Origin: Candidatus Hodarchaeota archaeon
GTDB lineage: Archaea > Asgardarchaeota > Heimdallarchaeia > Hodarchaeales > Hodarchaeaceae
Direction of reading: 5' to 3'
Assembly: GCA_016840035.1 (NCBI GenBank)
Contig: JAEOTC010000030.1
Coordinates: 51,527-115,526, forward strand
Length of the DNA stretch: 64,000 nucleotides
The notes under the pieces are model-generated. The model was not told where the DNA came from, did no database searches, and saw nothing but the letters and a program-made list of their open reading frames with translations. Of this stretch, positions 1 to 8,470 are shown piece after piece. A program made the position numbers and the translations under genes. The first letter of the stretch is position 1; every line of letters begins with the position of its first letter.

Positions 1-401
1 TTCTAGGGGCAGAAAAAGCTTTATTTAGGCACCTACGATCAGGAGAAGATCCACCCAAGCATGGGGTTATATTCCAATCACAATTGATACATTCAGCAAA
101 AAAACATCAGAGAGGAAAGATTGCTAGAGCTTTAGCAGGAAAATTAAGCATTGCTTCGCGTGTTGATTTCTTTAGTGGTGAATTTATTGCTCCAACTCTC
201 TTGGAAGATGTAGAAAAAAGAGTAAATGAGATAAAAGAATCCTTTCCAGAACCTTCGGAAAAGCAAAGGGCCAGAAAACAGAAAAAGAAAGAAAAGAAAC
301 CAAAAGGAAGACGTGGCAAATATCAGAAAAAAGGTCCAAAGTGGTCTGGATCAAAAAAGGATTTTAAAAAGAAAAAACACCGCAAAAATAAGAAAGAATA
401 A
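1..401 (+). CDS. nop5: C/D box sRNP protein Nop5/Nop56/58, C-terminal part (5' truncated by window)
   Basis: Frame open from nt 3: LGAEKALFRHL..PPKHGVIFQ..RGKIARALAGKLSIASRVD, Lys-rich tail, directly upstream of fibrillarin. Confidence 0.95.
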   Translation, partial: LGAEKALFRHLRSGEDPPKHGVIFQSQLIHSAKKHQRGKIARALAGKLSIASRVDFFSGEFIAPTLLEDVEKRVNEIKESFPEPSEKQRARKQKKKEKKPKGRRGKYQKKGPKWSGSKKDFKKKKHRKNKKE

Positions 402-428
402 GTATTTTCCTCATTCCTTGGTGTAAAA

Positions 429-1109
429 ATGAAAATAAAGGAAACAATAATAGAGGGTATGTATCAAATAAAAATTGATCAAAAAAATCGCCTTGCAACA
501 CGAAATAAAGTCCCAGGTACAAATGTTTATGGTGAGCGATTAGTCAAGATAAATGATGAGGAATACAGACTTTGGGACCCATTTCGATCGAAATATGCAG
601 CAGCCTTTTTATCTGGAATGAAATTCCTCCCTCAATTAAAGAAAAAGAACATCCTATATCTGGGAGTATCAACAGGGACAACCCCATCACATTTCTCCGA
701 TATTTTAGATAATGGATATATATATGGAGTTGAATTTTCTCCAAAAATCATGAGGAAGTTTTATCGTCTTGCTGAACAGCGACCCAATTTGATACCGATT
801 CTTGCTGATGTAAGAAGGCCAGAAGAATATTCTTCATATGTTTTTGATGTTGATTTGCTGTATCAAGATGTTTCTCAACCAGAACAAGCAACCATCTTTG
901 GGAGAAATGCTCAAGAGTATCTTAAGCCAGGAGGAGATGGTGTTATCGCTATCAAATCTCAGAGTATTGATGTTTCACTCGAACCAGAAGAGATTTTCTC
1001 CAAGCAGATGAGTATTTTAGAGGATAAATTCGACCTAAAAGTGATCGAGCATTCCTCAATTGATGCATTTGAGAAAAAACACGCAGTAATTGTAATAAGA
1101 AAAGAGTAG
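429..1109 (+). CDS. flpA: Fibrillarin-like rRNA/tRNA 2'-O-methyltransferase
   Basis: VYGE, YRLWDPFRSK, LYLGVSTGTTPSH, VEFS, QDVSQPEQ motifs. Confidence 0.96.
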   Translation: MKIKETIIEGMYQIKIDQKNRLATRNKVPGTNVYGERLVKINDEEYRLWDPFRSKYAAAFLSGMKFLPQLKKKNILYLGVSTGTTPSHFSDILDNGYIYGVEFSPKIMRKFYRLAEQRPNLIPILADVRRPEEYSSYVFDVDLLYQDVSQPEQATIFGRNAQEYLKPGGDGVIAIKSQSIDVSLEPEEIFSKQMSILEDKFDLKVIEHSSIDAFEKKHAVIVIRKE

Positions 1110-1123
1110 TTTCTCCACAATTC

Positions 1124-1468
1124 CTATCCATAATCACGCCATGTGAACTTGCACTTCTTGCAACGATAGAAGGTTGTCGTTGCTTCGTCTGCACTCCTAG
1201 TTTGAAGTTGCCAATATACTGCCTCATGATGTCCACATTTTTCGCAACTCGCAGTAGCCGTTGGCATTGTTTCTACGGCGTTTTCATCTTCAATTATGAC
1301 CGTTTTTTCTAGCTCGGAGTGTCGTATGGTTTGTTTTATTTCAAAAGCTTTAGAATTTGTTTGTGAATTAGCCCCAATTTTCTTCCCACAGGCATTGCAT
1401 TTCATTACAACAGATCCATCTGGCTGTTTATCAGGGACAAGAAGGGCTCCGCACTCACAAAAATCCAT
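1124..1468 (-). CDS. tfs: Transcription factor S (TFS/RpoM)
   Basis: Two Zn ribbons and QTRSADE acidic hairpin. Confidence 0.95.
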   Translation of the reverse strand: MDFCECGALLVPDKQPDGSVVMKCNACGKKIGANSQTNSKAFEIKQTIRHSELEKTVIIEDENAVETMPTATASCEKCGHHEAVYWQLQTRSADEATTTFYRCKKCKFTWRDYG

Positions 1469-1642
1469 TAAAATTGTCTCCAGTCAATTTGTGCTCAGTA
1501 CAAGCAGAAATCTCCCGATGTTTTAAAGAAGCTGTGATTTTTATGTAAAACACCCGATATTTCCAAAAGCTAGATATTCAAAAAAATGAGAAATATTAAT
1601 TATTTCAATGATCAATTTGGAATAAGAGTACTAGAGAGGAGT

Positions 1643-1954
1643 ATGTTGCACAGAACTTCTATTAGACCCTATGAGGAAATTACTATTTTATCTCTCGATA
1701 GTCTTGCTTCAGAAACGAAATTTCAACTCTTTTGCAAGATAAAAGAGAAGGAAGATGCACATATAATATTATCAGATGAGAAGGCTGAATATAAATTTGC
1801 TTCTAAAGATTTAGATCTAGAAGATATTGATGTAGGGGATACAATTCTAGTTTTTGGCCAAAAGGAAGAAGATAATATAAATTTGGAGAAACTCATTAAA
1901 CTTAATCTTGATTGGTCTCTTCTTGTTAAAGCTAGAACTATTGAACAGTTGTAA
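1643..1954 (+). CDS. Small OB-fold protein, probable RPA14/RPA3-like replication protein A subunit
   Basis: ATG 1643 after GAGGAG. Single OB-fold pattern (ILSD..VGDTILVFG) with C-terminal helix LDWSLLVKARTIE, resembling euryarchaeal RPA14. Confidence 0.55.
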   Translation: MLHRTSIRPYEEITILSLDSLASETKFQLFCKIKEKEDAHIILSDEKAEYKFASKDLDLEDIDVGDTILVFGQKEEDNINLEKLIKLNLDWSLLVKARTIEQL

Positions 1955-2208
1955 AATCCATTCATATATTCAGATACATCAGTTCAAGTGGATTCAGATT
2001 TAAAAAGCGACCATCTATCTCAATTATCGTTTTTCGCTAAAATAAGTTCTCTTCCTCCATAGATGCGGAAATAAACTTCAGAAAAAATATATATACAAGA
2101 TAATTGCACATTTAACGAACCAGATTACCGTTACGAAGCAAATTTAGGTTGAAAATCTAAAGGTTTTATTAATAACGAAATCTGCTTGTTCTGTAAGGAG
2201 GCTTATAC

Positions 2209-2652
2209 ATGTCCATGGTCGGTCAAGCCAAAAGAACTTTTCAAAAAGAAATCTCTGCATTTAACAACAAAAGAGTAGCAGTTATTCTCAAGAATGGTAC
2301 AAAATTCGTTGGGGAACTTAAGGGATTATCTCCTGAAACTCTTACGTGTGTACTAATAAAAGCCAAGCGTGATGATGATACTAACGAAATTCATCGTATT
2401 TGTCTTAATGGCGATCAAATTGCAGAGATCTACTTAGAAGAAGCCCCATTTGATCTTCTAGGTTTAAAAGATGAACTTGAACAGATCTTTCGGCGTCCTG
2501 GAGACGTGAAAGTCTATGATGAGGCTGGATTGATCGTCGTACTTGAAAGAGTGAAAGTCTCTGAAACAGGTGTGGAAGGAACAGGCCCCGTCGCAGATAG
2601 AGTTAGAGCCATATTTAACCGATATGCAAGTGATCAAGCTTCAGAAGAGTAG
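2209..2652 (+). CDS. Lsm family RNA-binding protein (SmAP3-type with C-terminal domain)
   Basis: Sm1 motif NKRVAVILKNGTKFVGELKG plus C-terminal extension; conserved tfs-lsm-rpo8 neighbourhood. Confidence 0.85.
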   Translation: MSMVGQAKRTFQKEISAFNNKRVAVILKNGTKFVGELKGLSPETLTCVLIKAKRDDDTNEIHRICLNGDQIAEIYLEEAPFDLLGLKDELEQIFRRPGDVKVYDEAGLIVVLERVKVSETGVEGTGPVADRVRAIFNRYASDQASEE

Positions 2653-2660
2653 GAATTTAT

Positions 2661-3017
2661 ATGCTAATAAATGCAGAAGTATTTCAACTAGAGGAAGATA
2701 TTGATAATAATCTCTGGTTAATTGACTTTAGAGATGAGAAGTTAGGTCTCAGAGGAAGAATGGAAATACCCTCAAAATTAGTTGATCTACACGATGCAAA
2801 GAATCTTCAAATTGAAGTTGTTGCCGTTAAAAAAAAGACCCCATCGTTTAAAGATGCTAAAGTAGCCTTGAATGCTATTAACTATAGAACCAAACCCGTT
2901 GGAAAAGAGAAAATCTACTCATTTTCCTCAGGTGGATTAACATTCCGGCTATTCTCTGGAAAAGTCATTCCAGAGTTTAAACTACCACTTAAAGAGTATT
3001 TGATTATAGTGCGCTAA
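2661..3017 (+). CDS. rpoG: RNA polymerase subunit Rpo8 (RpoG/RPB8)
   Basis: SFSSGGLTFRL resembles the RPB8 S.GGLL.RL motif; position after Lsm. Confidence 0.7.
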   Translation: MLINAEVFQLEEDIDNNLWLIDFRDEKLGLRGRMEIPSKLVDLHDAKNLQIEVVAVKKKTPSFKDAKVALNAINYRTKPVGKEKIYSFSSGGLTFRLFSGKVIPEFKLPLKEYLIIVR

Positions 3018-3029
3018 AAATTTTAGTGT

Positions 3030-3114
3030 GCGGGGGTTTCCCAGCCAGGTCAAAGGAGCTAGGTTGAGGTCCTAGTCGTGTAGGCGTTCGTGAGTTCAAA
3101 TCTCACCCCCCGCA
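3030..3114 (+). tRNA. tRNA-Leu(GAG)
   Basis: Acceptor GCGGGGG/CCCCCGC-A, anticodon arm CTAGG-TTGAGGT-CCTAG, long variable arm, GTTCAAATC T-loop; CCA not encoded. Confidence 0.97.
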
Positions 3115-3274
3115 TTAGCATGTATCACTCTTCTTTTGTTCACAAACCCAGAAACTAATAAGGGGTTGTTGATCATTATTTTTATTGCGGAATATTGAAT
3201 CCAAGAAATTTTTATTATGGTTTGAATTTCTTTGGAAATGAAATCCTCTTAATTGAAATGGCTGGATTTTAATT

Positions 3275-4066
3275 TTGAAAATAAATTTACGGTTTGATTC
3301 ACTAATCTATAAACTTTATGAACGTAGATTATGGAATCAAATAAAGGGTGGCATTGAGGAGGGTATTCATCCAACTCACGTCGCTCTAATTATGGATGGA
3401 AATCGACGATATGCTCGTGCGAAACGTCTTCCGAGCACATATGGCCATCGATTAGGACGTGAGAAATTAAAGGATATTTTACAATGGTTTTGGGATCTCG
3501 AGATTGATTATGTTACACTCTATGCTTTCTCAACAGAAAACTTCGAGAGGTCCAATGGGGAGGTAAATGAGTTAATGAATCTATTTGAATCAACCTTTCA
3601 GGAACTTATCGACCATCCAGAGTTTAAAAAAAGAAATGTGAAAATTAAAGTCATTGGCCGAACTCATTTATTACCGATGAGAGTCCAAGAAGCAATTAAG
3701 AGGGCAGTAAATAGTACTGATACAGAAAAACAAGGCCCGACATTAATCATCGCAATCGGGTATGGAGGTCGAGCCGAAATGATTGATGCAATGAAATCAA
3801 TTGCTAGAAAGGTTGTTAACAATGAAATTGATGTTGAGGAGATAGATGAGCTAGTAGTTGAGCGACATCTTTACACCAATGGAATTCCTGATCCTGATTT
3901 AATTATACGTACATCAGGTGAAGAACGATTATCAGGGTTCCTTACTTGGCAATCTGTCTATAGTGAACTCTATTTTGCTGATGTTTTCTTCCCTGGATTT
4001 AGAAAGATTGATTTGTGGAGAGCTATTCGTACCTATCAATCACGAAAGCGACGTCATGGACGGTAA
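3275..4066 (+). CDS. uppS: cis-prenyltransferase (UppS family)
   Basis: HVALIMDGNRRYA, YAFSTENFER, IIRTSGEERLSGF. Confidence 0.96.
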   Translation: MKINLRFDSLIYKLYERRLWNQIKGGIEEGIHPTHVALIMDGNRRYARAKRLPSTYGHRLGREKLKDILQWFWDLEIDYVTLYAFSTENFERSNGEVNELMNLFESTFQELIDHPEFKKRNVKIKVIGRTHLLPMRVQEAIKRAVNSTDTEKQGPTLIIAIGYGGRAEMIDAMKSIARKVVNNEIDVEEIDELVVERHLYTNGIPDPDLIIRTSGEERLSGFLTWQSVYSELYFADVFFPGFRKIDLWRAIRTYQSRKRRHGR

Positions 4067-4082
4067 ATTCTTAGAGTTTAGA

Positions 4083-4838
4083 TCAAGTATACATACGCTT
4101 ATTTGCTAAATTTTCACCTTGACTTTCCTCAATTGGAGCAAGTTGACGTTTAATTTCCTCTTCTATTGTCTGAGCATTTTGAACTAATTCGTTCGTATTG
4201 ATGCTGATATTTAGGACTTCGTTGAGTTTCTCAATTGTTGAAACGGCCCCAAGTGGATCAGGACGCTCCCTTTGTGCATATGCTAGAAGGCCGATAGCTG
4301 GAAACATACTCATATCAAGATAGCCTAACATTATTGCTAGAGGGCCAGCCACAAATAGACCTGGATCAAGTAAATTCATCTTGACTTCACTTAGGAAATC
4401 AGAATTAAGGGATGTCGATTGTAAAAATGCTCTTGTTGGAATATATTGGATATTATTCTCAGAAGCTTTCAACCGTGCATCAACTCCTCCAATAAAATAA
4501 GCCTCGGAGAATGTGTTCTGTTTTAGGATCCATTCAGACATTTTTTCGGAAAATTCGATTTGTACGTGACGATATGGTTGAAGGTGAGGGATGAAGACCG
4601 CAAAATCGTATTCATCTTTTCCGTATATCTCAAAAGGTAATCTCAATTGACTATTTTGTACAGAAATGAAGGGAGGAGCTCCACTTGACATGATAGTTGC
4701 TATTCTTTTTAATTTGAGGTCCTCAATCATGTGAGATACTGTTATATATCCAATCTCCCCTAATCCATGCCATCCCGCTATAAATCTGTTACACTGATTT
4801 AATATTTCTTGATCTTCATGAAAAATTTTGAATTTCAT
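4083..4838 (-). CDS. PAC2-family proteasome assembly chaperone
   Basis: GWHGLGEIGYI, AGPLAIML, PDPLGA motifs. Confidence 0.85.
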   Translation of the reverse strand: MKFKIFHEDQEILNQCNRFIAGWHGLGEIGYITVSHMIEDLKLKRIATIMSSGAPPFISVQNSQLRLPFEIYGKDEYDFAVFIPHLQPYRHVQIEFSEKMSEWILKQNTFSEAYFIGGVDARLKASENNIQYIPTRAFLQSTSLNSDFLSEVKMNLLDPGLFVAGPLAIMLGYLDMSMFPAIGLLAYAQRERPDPLGAVSTIEKLNEVLNISINTNELVQNAQTIEEEIKRQLAPIEESQGENLANKRMYT

Positions 4839-4861
4839 TCGTTTTCAACCATCAATTCTGT

Positions 4862-5524
4862 TCATTCAAGTCGATCTTCTCGTGCTATATATCGTGCACG
4901 ACTTTGGATTTTTTTCATCTGTTCATAAGTATTCTTCCCCTCAGGATACACACTTAGATACCCATCTAAAAATGTGCTGAAGAGAATTTTTGACGCTGGC
5001 TGAATAGCTTTCAATGTTGAATAGAAAGTGAGTATATCATCAGCCTTTGACTCTATTTCATTAGATATCCTCCCCAGTCCAAAATCAATTATTATTGGTT
5101 TATCCTCTAGTTGAATAATTACGTTAAAAACCGTTAAATCTCCGTGAATTATGTCATTACAATGTAAAAGACCAATTTGTGATCCTAGACTGGAAAAAAT
5201 CGGTTTTAGTCTCTGAATAGGGAGTAAATCCATTGTTTCATAGAGTAATTTTCCATCAATCTCCTCTATAAGCAAATAACTCTCTTGAATATTAATACCA
5301 ATAAGACTTGGAACAGAAGCTCCAATTTTTCTTGCAATAGACATGACTTTAGCTTCTGATCTTAATCGGTGTAATCTTATCCGATGGTCAATTTCTGGGT
5401 GTCGGTATGTTTTTGGTAACCGTTGTTTGATTATTACTGGATTTTGAAGGTAAGTGCCTTGATAGATTATTGCCTCTGCACCTTTGGCAATTCTAGCAGC
5501 TTTATCTAATCTCATTCTATCCAC
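4862..5524 (-). CDS. bud32: KEOPS kinase/ATPase Bud32
   Basis: KGAEA, KQRLPKTYRHPEID, HGDLT, IDFGL; overlaps kae1. Confidence 0.95.
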   Translation of the reverse strand: MDRMRLDKAARIAKGAEAIIYQGTYLQNPVIIKQRLPKTYRHPEIDHRIRLHRLRSEAKVMSIARKIGASVPSLIGINIQESYLLIEEIDGKLLYETMDLLPIQRLKPIFSSLGSQIGLLHCNDIIHGDLTVFNVIIQLEDKPIIIDFGLGRISNEIESKADDILTFYSTLKAIQPASKILFSTFLDGYLSVYPEGKNTYEQMKKIQSRARYIAREDRLE

Positions 5525-6504
5525 CCGACCTGAACTTGATCAGTTCTCCATCTAGGTTTCACCTGACTGTCCTCAACAGAGAGAATTTTCCCAGTGTTAA
5601 ATAGATGAGTTCCTGCGAAAGCAATCATAACACCATTATCCCCTGCTAGGTTTCTTGGAACAGCCTGAAATGAAGTGTCTTGCTCTTGAGCGACTTTCTG
5701 GATAATAGTCTGTAAATGAGCATTAGCTGCTACTCCTCCTGTTAATAATACTGAAGGCTTCTTAGTGCAGGATAAAGCGCGTTCAGTAGCTTCAGCAAGT
5801 ATTGCAAAAGTATACTCTTGAAAAGAATAACACACATCTGGAATTGAATGATCATGAAGGAGCTTCTTTGCTGCAGTCACCATTCCCGAGAATGAAAATG
5901 ACATTCCCTTTATCGTATAAGGAAGCGTGAGGAGTTTATTGCCCGATTGTGCTTGTTTCTCGATGTGAGGACCTCCAGGATGAGGTAAATTCATTTCTCT
6001 TCCAAGTGTGTCTAGTGCATTTCCGATTGCGATATCCAAAGTTTCTCCTAATACTCTGTACCGCCCATTTAAGAATGTAATAAGTTGAGTATTTCCTCCG
6101 CTCACATACAGAACCAATGGGTCATCTACAGGAGTCACCGTTCTTCCTAGTTCAACATGAGCAATACAATGATTAACTCCTAGAAGTGGAATGTTCAATC
6201 TTAATGAAATTGCTCGCGCGACCGTTGCTGTTGTTCTTAAGCACGGTCCTAATCCAGGGCCTTGAGAAAAAGCGATTCCATCAATCTTATCGATTTTAAA
6301 AGGTAATCGTTTGAATACTTTATCTATAAGAATCGGGAATTCTTTTGCTAGAAAGATTGCAGCTTCTCGTGGATGAATGCCCCCTTGAGGAGGGAAATAA
6401 GTTGCTGATTCATTGACAATAACTTCCCTTCCTTTTATCACAGCGACCCCTGCAGTATGTGCTGTACCTTCTAATCCTAGTATAATTGGTTCGATAGATG
6501 CCAT
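5512..6504 (-). CDS. kae1: tRNA N6-adenosine threonylcarbamoyltransferase Kae1
   Basis: GLEGTAHT, NHCIAH, YVSGGNTQ, DNGVMIA; start placed at ATG 6504 to avoid overlap with rps27ae. Confidence 0.96.
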   Translation of the reverse strand: MASIEPIILGLEGTAHTAGVAVIKGREVIVNESATYFPPQGGIHPREAAIFLAKEFPILIDKVFKRLPFKIDKIDGIAFSQGPGLGPCLRTTATVARAISLRLNIPLLGVNHCIAHVELGRTVTPVDDPLVLYVSGGNTQLITFLNGRYRVLGETLDIAIGNALDTLGREMNLPHPGGPHIEKQAQSGNKLLTLPYTIKGMSFSFSGMVTAAKKLLHDHSIPDVCYSFQEYTFAILAEATERALSCTKKPSVLLTGGVAANAHLQTIIQKVAQEQDTSFQAVPRNLAGDNGVMIAFAGTHLFNTGKILSVEDSQVKPRWRTDQVQVGWIE

Positions 6505-6524
6505 ACTGATTTCATGATTCAAAA

Positions 6525-6710
6525 TTAGAATTCTGTATATCCACATAAGCCACAAGATGCTCTTCCTTTGTGTTTAGCTAAAAAAGACCCCTTACATCTT
6601 GGACAAAATTTATTTGTTCTTTTTATGGTTCCTTTTTTATAATCAACCTTATAATATGATTGAACTGGATTTCTACGAACTGGCATTGTTTTAGTCCTCT
6701 TTTTGCTCAT
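6525..6710 (-). CDS. rps27ae: 30S ribosomal protein S27ae (eS31)
   Basis: [23 protein letters not shown]. Confidence 0.95.
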   Translation of the reverse strand: MSKKRTKTMPVRRNPVQSYYKVDYKKGTIKRTNKFCPRCKGSFLAKHKGRASCGLCGYTEF

Positions 6711-6993
6711 TTTCTATAATTTTATTTCTCTTAAGAAGGAATTTAGGTTCGTAAACAGACACATCCTCCACTTTGTCATAGCAGTGTACAGTTAATTGTG
6801 ATTTTGGTTCACCAAAATGGCCTTCTATTTTTTGGATTACAACACGTTCAAGATCAAAATTCATTTGTGCTGCTACCTTGGACCTTACAGCTTCTCTAGT
6901 GGGTGTGATTTCCCCTAGATGCGTAATAAGGGCTTTAATTTCGTTTCGGCCAATAAGTGGATTGTGTTTTTCTTCAGTAATCGTAATCTCCAT
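6691..6993 (-). CDS. rps24e: 30S ribosomal protein S24e
   Basis: [16 protein letters not shown], operon position. Confidence 0.93.
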   Translation of the reverse strand: MEITITEEKHNPLIGRNEIKALITHLGEITPTREAVRSKVAAQMNFDLERVVIQKIEGHFGEPKSQLTVHCYDKVEDVSVYEPKFLLKRNKIIENEQKED

Positions 6994-7543
6994 TTCTATA
7001 TTCCTCGTGAAATTCGAATTTATCTAATAAGCCTTGTACTTGTTCCTTCAGGGAAGTAGTAATCACTGCTACAACAAGGCCTTCTTCAGTGGTAATGGGA
7101 GGTTGTCCGTAAATGACAATGCTTCCAAGAGGTAGGGAAATTATCACAGGGATAATTAATAAATCCTCTTCACCGTCAATCCTTACTGCTATGCGGCAAT
7201 TGTTGGAGGTAGAAAAAGCTATTGCATTTTCGATTTCCTGAATCGCACTCTTAAGGATCCACTCTTTAGGATTAGATGTACGATATATTGAATATTTTTC
7301 AAGATTCATTGAAACTGGGCCAGTTCGTTGAGTTTTTCCATCAAAAATAATAACATTAGGATAATATTCTTGATCAAGGAAAGATTTTGCACATACGTCT
7401 CCAATAGCTACAACTAAACCTTCATTCGACTTTCTAATGTAATTTATTGCGTTCCTAGCTGATGCAGAATGCTCTCCAGTAAATAATTTACCAATAGGCG
7501 TTCTTAATGATTTTCGAAGAGAAATGGGGAGCTTATATCCCAC
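6974..7543 (-). CDS. GTP-dependent dephospho-CoA kinase (DUF359)
   Basis: IGDV, DGKTQR, DGEEDL, YGQP motifs; conserved position between spt4 and rps24e; likely GTG start 7543. Confidence 0.9.
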   Translation of the reverse strand: MGYKLPISLRKSLRTPIGKLFTGEHSASARNAINYIRKSNEGLVVAIGDVCAKSFLDQEYYPNVIIFDGKTQRTGPVSMNLEKYSIYRTSNPKEWILKSAIQEIENAIAFSTSNNCRIAVRIDGEEDLLIIPVIISLPLGSIVIYGQPPITTEEGLVVAVITTSLKEQVQGLLDKFEFHEEYRNGDYDY

Positions 7544-7553
7544 CAGAAATCCC

Positions 7554-7748
7554 TCAACGAACTTTAATAGCATATTTTCCGGGACGGTTAATATTCAGCC
7601 TCTTTGCAATCTTACTATCTTTAGGCTCACGAATGATTACCATCCCAACAAAGCTCTTGGATAGGTGATTGTGTGTTTTACAGATAGGACATACTTCCTC
7701 TCCATGGACGATGCTATTACATTTTTTGCAGGCTTTGATTTTTACCAA
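7554..7748 (-). CDS. spt4: Transcription elongation factor Spt4 (RpoE2)
   Basis: ACKKC..CPIC..SKIAKRLNI..PGKYAIKV. Confidence 0.95.
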   Translation of the reverse strand: MVKIKACKKCNSIVHGEEVCPICKTHNHLSKSFVGMVIIREPKDSKIAKRLNINRPGKYAIKVR

Positions 7749-8294
7749 CTAGGCTGCCTCCTTTTGTTCATCAATCCAACTTTTCAGACCTAATCCCTCA
7801 CCTTTCATGGTGACAGCAATTTTCATGCTTACGTGATCAACGGTTGCAGTAATTATTTTTCCACGGACTAAATCCCCTGGTCTAATAGTTCTACCTGATT
7901 CTCTTCCTACTAAAACTCCTGAAGATCTAGAAGACATTTGAAAATATTCATCAGCAATTTGACTTATATGTGCTAAAGCATCGGTACAACCGATTCGCAT
8001 AAAAAATCCAAATTTCGTTGTTTCAACAACTTCTCCTTCTGTTACTTCATCATCCAAAGGACGAAAAGTGATCGCTTCATATTCCACATCATGAAAAGTT
8101 GCTCCGTCCCCAGGAACAATTCTTCCTGGAGAAATTTCTTTAACTGCCAAGATAGCAACAATCATTCCTACATCTCCTCCAATTGTGGTTTCATTCTTTG
8201 ATCTTGAGATATCAAGAATAACCTCTTCTAAAGGCTGTCCGAATCTGTTTGGGGGAATGCGGATTGTTTCACGGATTTGAGTCATGTAATACAT
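7749..8294 (-). CDS. rpoE1: RNA polymerase subunit Rpo7 (RpoE1)
   Basis: IRIPP, GRIVPGDGA, S1 domain, GLGLKSWI. Confidence 0.95.
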   Translation of the reverse strand: MYYMTQIRETIRIPPNRFGQPLEEVILDISRSKNETTIGGDVGMIVAILAVKEISPGRIVPGDGATFHDVEYEAITFRPLDDEVTEGEVVETTKFGFFMRIGCTDALAHISQIADEYFQMSSRSSGVLVGRESGRTIRPGDLVRGKIITATVDHVSMKIAVTMKGEGLGLKSWIDEQKEAA

Positions 8295-8423
8295 TTATCC
8301 AGTGCCTCTTTACGCTGACCTCAGTCAAGCTATACTGAAAATAGAATCATTAAAGGCTTTCTTTATTGGACTATTGAGTCTTTCCAAGTGAGTTTATGAT
8401 TCGAGAGGTATCCAAAGTAATAA

Positions 8424-8441
8424 AAAAAGGAAAAAAAGGGG
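8424..8441 (-). terminator. Probable oligo(T) intrinsic terminator after hppA
   Basis: Two T7 runs on the minus strand about 30 nt past the hppA stop. Confidence 0.4.
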
Positions 8442-8470
8442 AGGATGAATATTTCAGGGTTGTTAGAAGT

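Noticed and set aside
6525-6710. Ubiquitin-eS31 fusion as in eukaryotes
   Set aside because: The ORF is only 61 aa and directly overlaps rps24e, leaving no room for a Ubl domain
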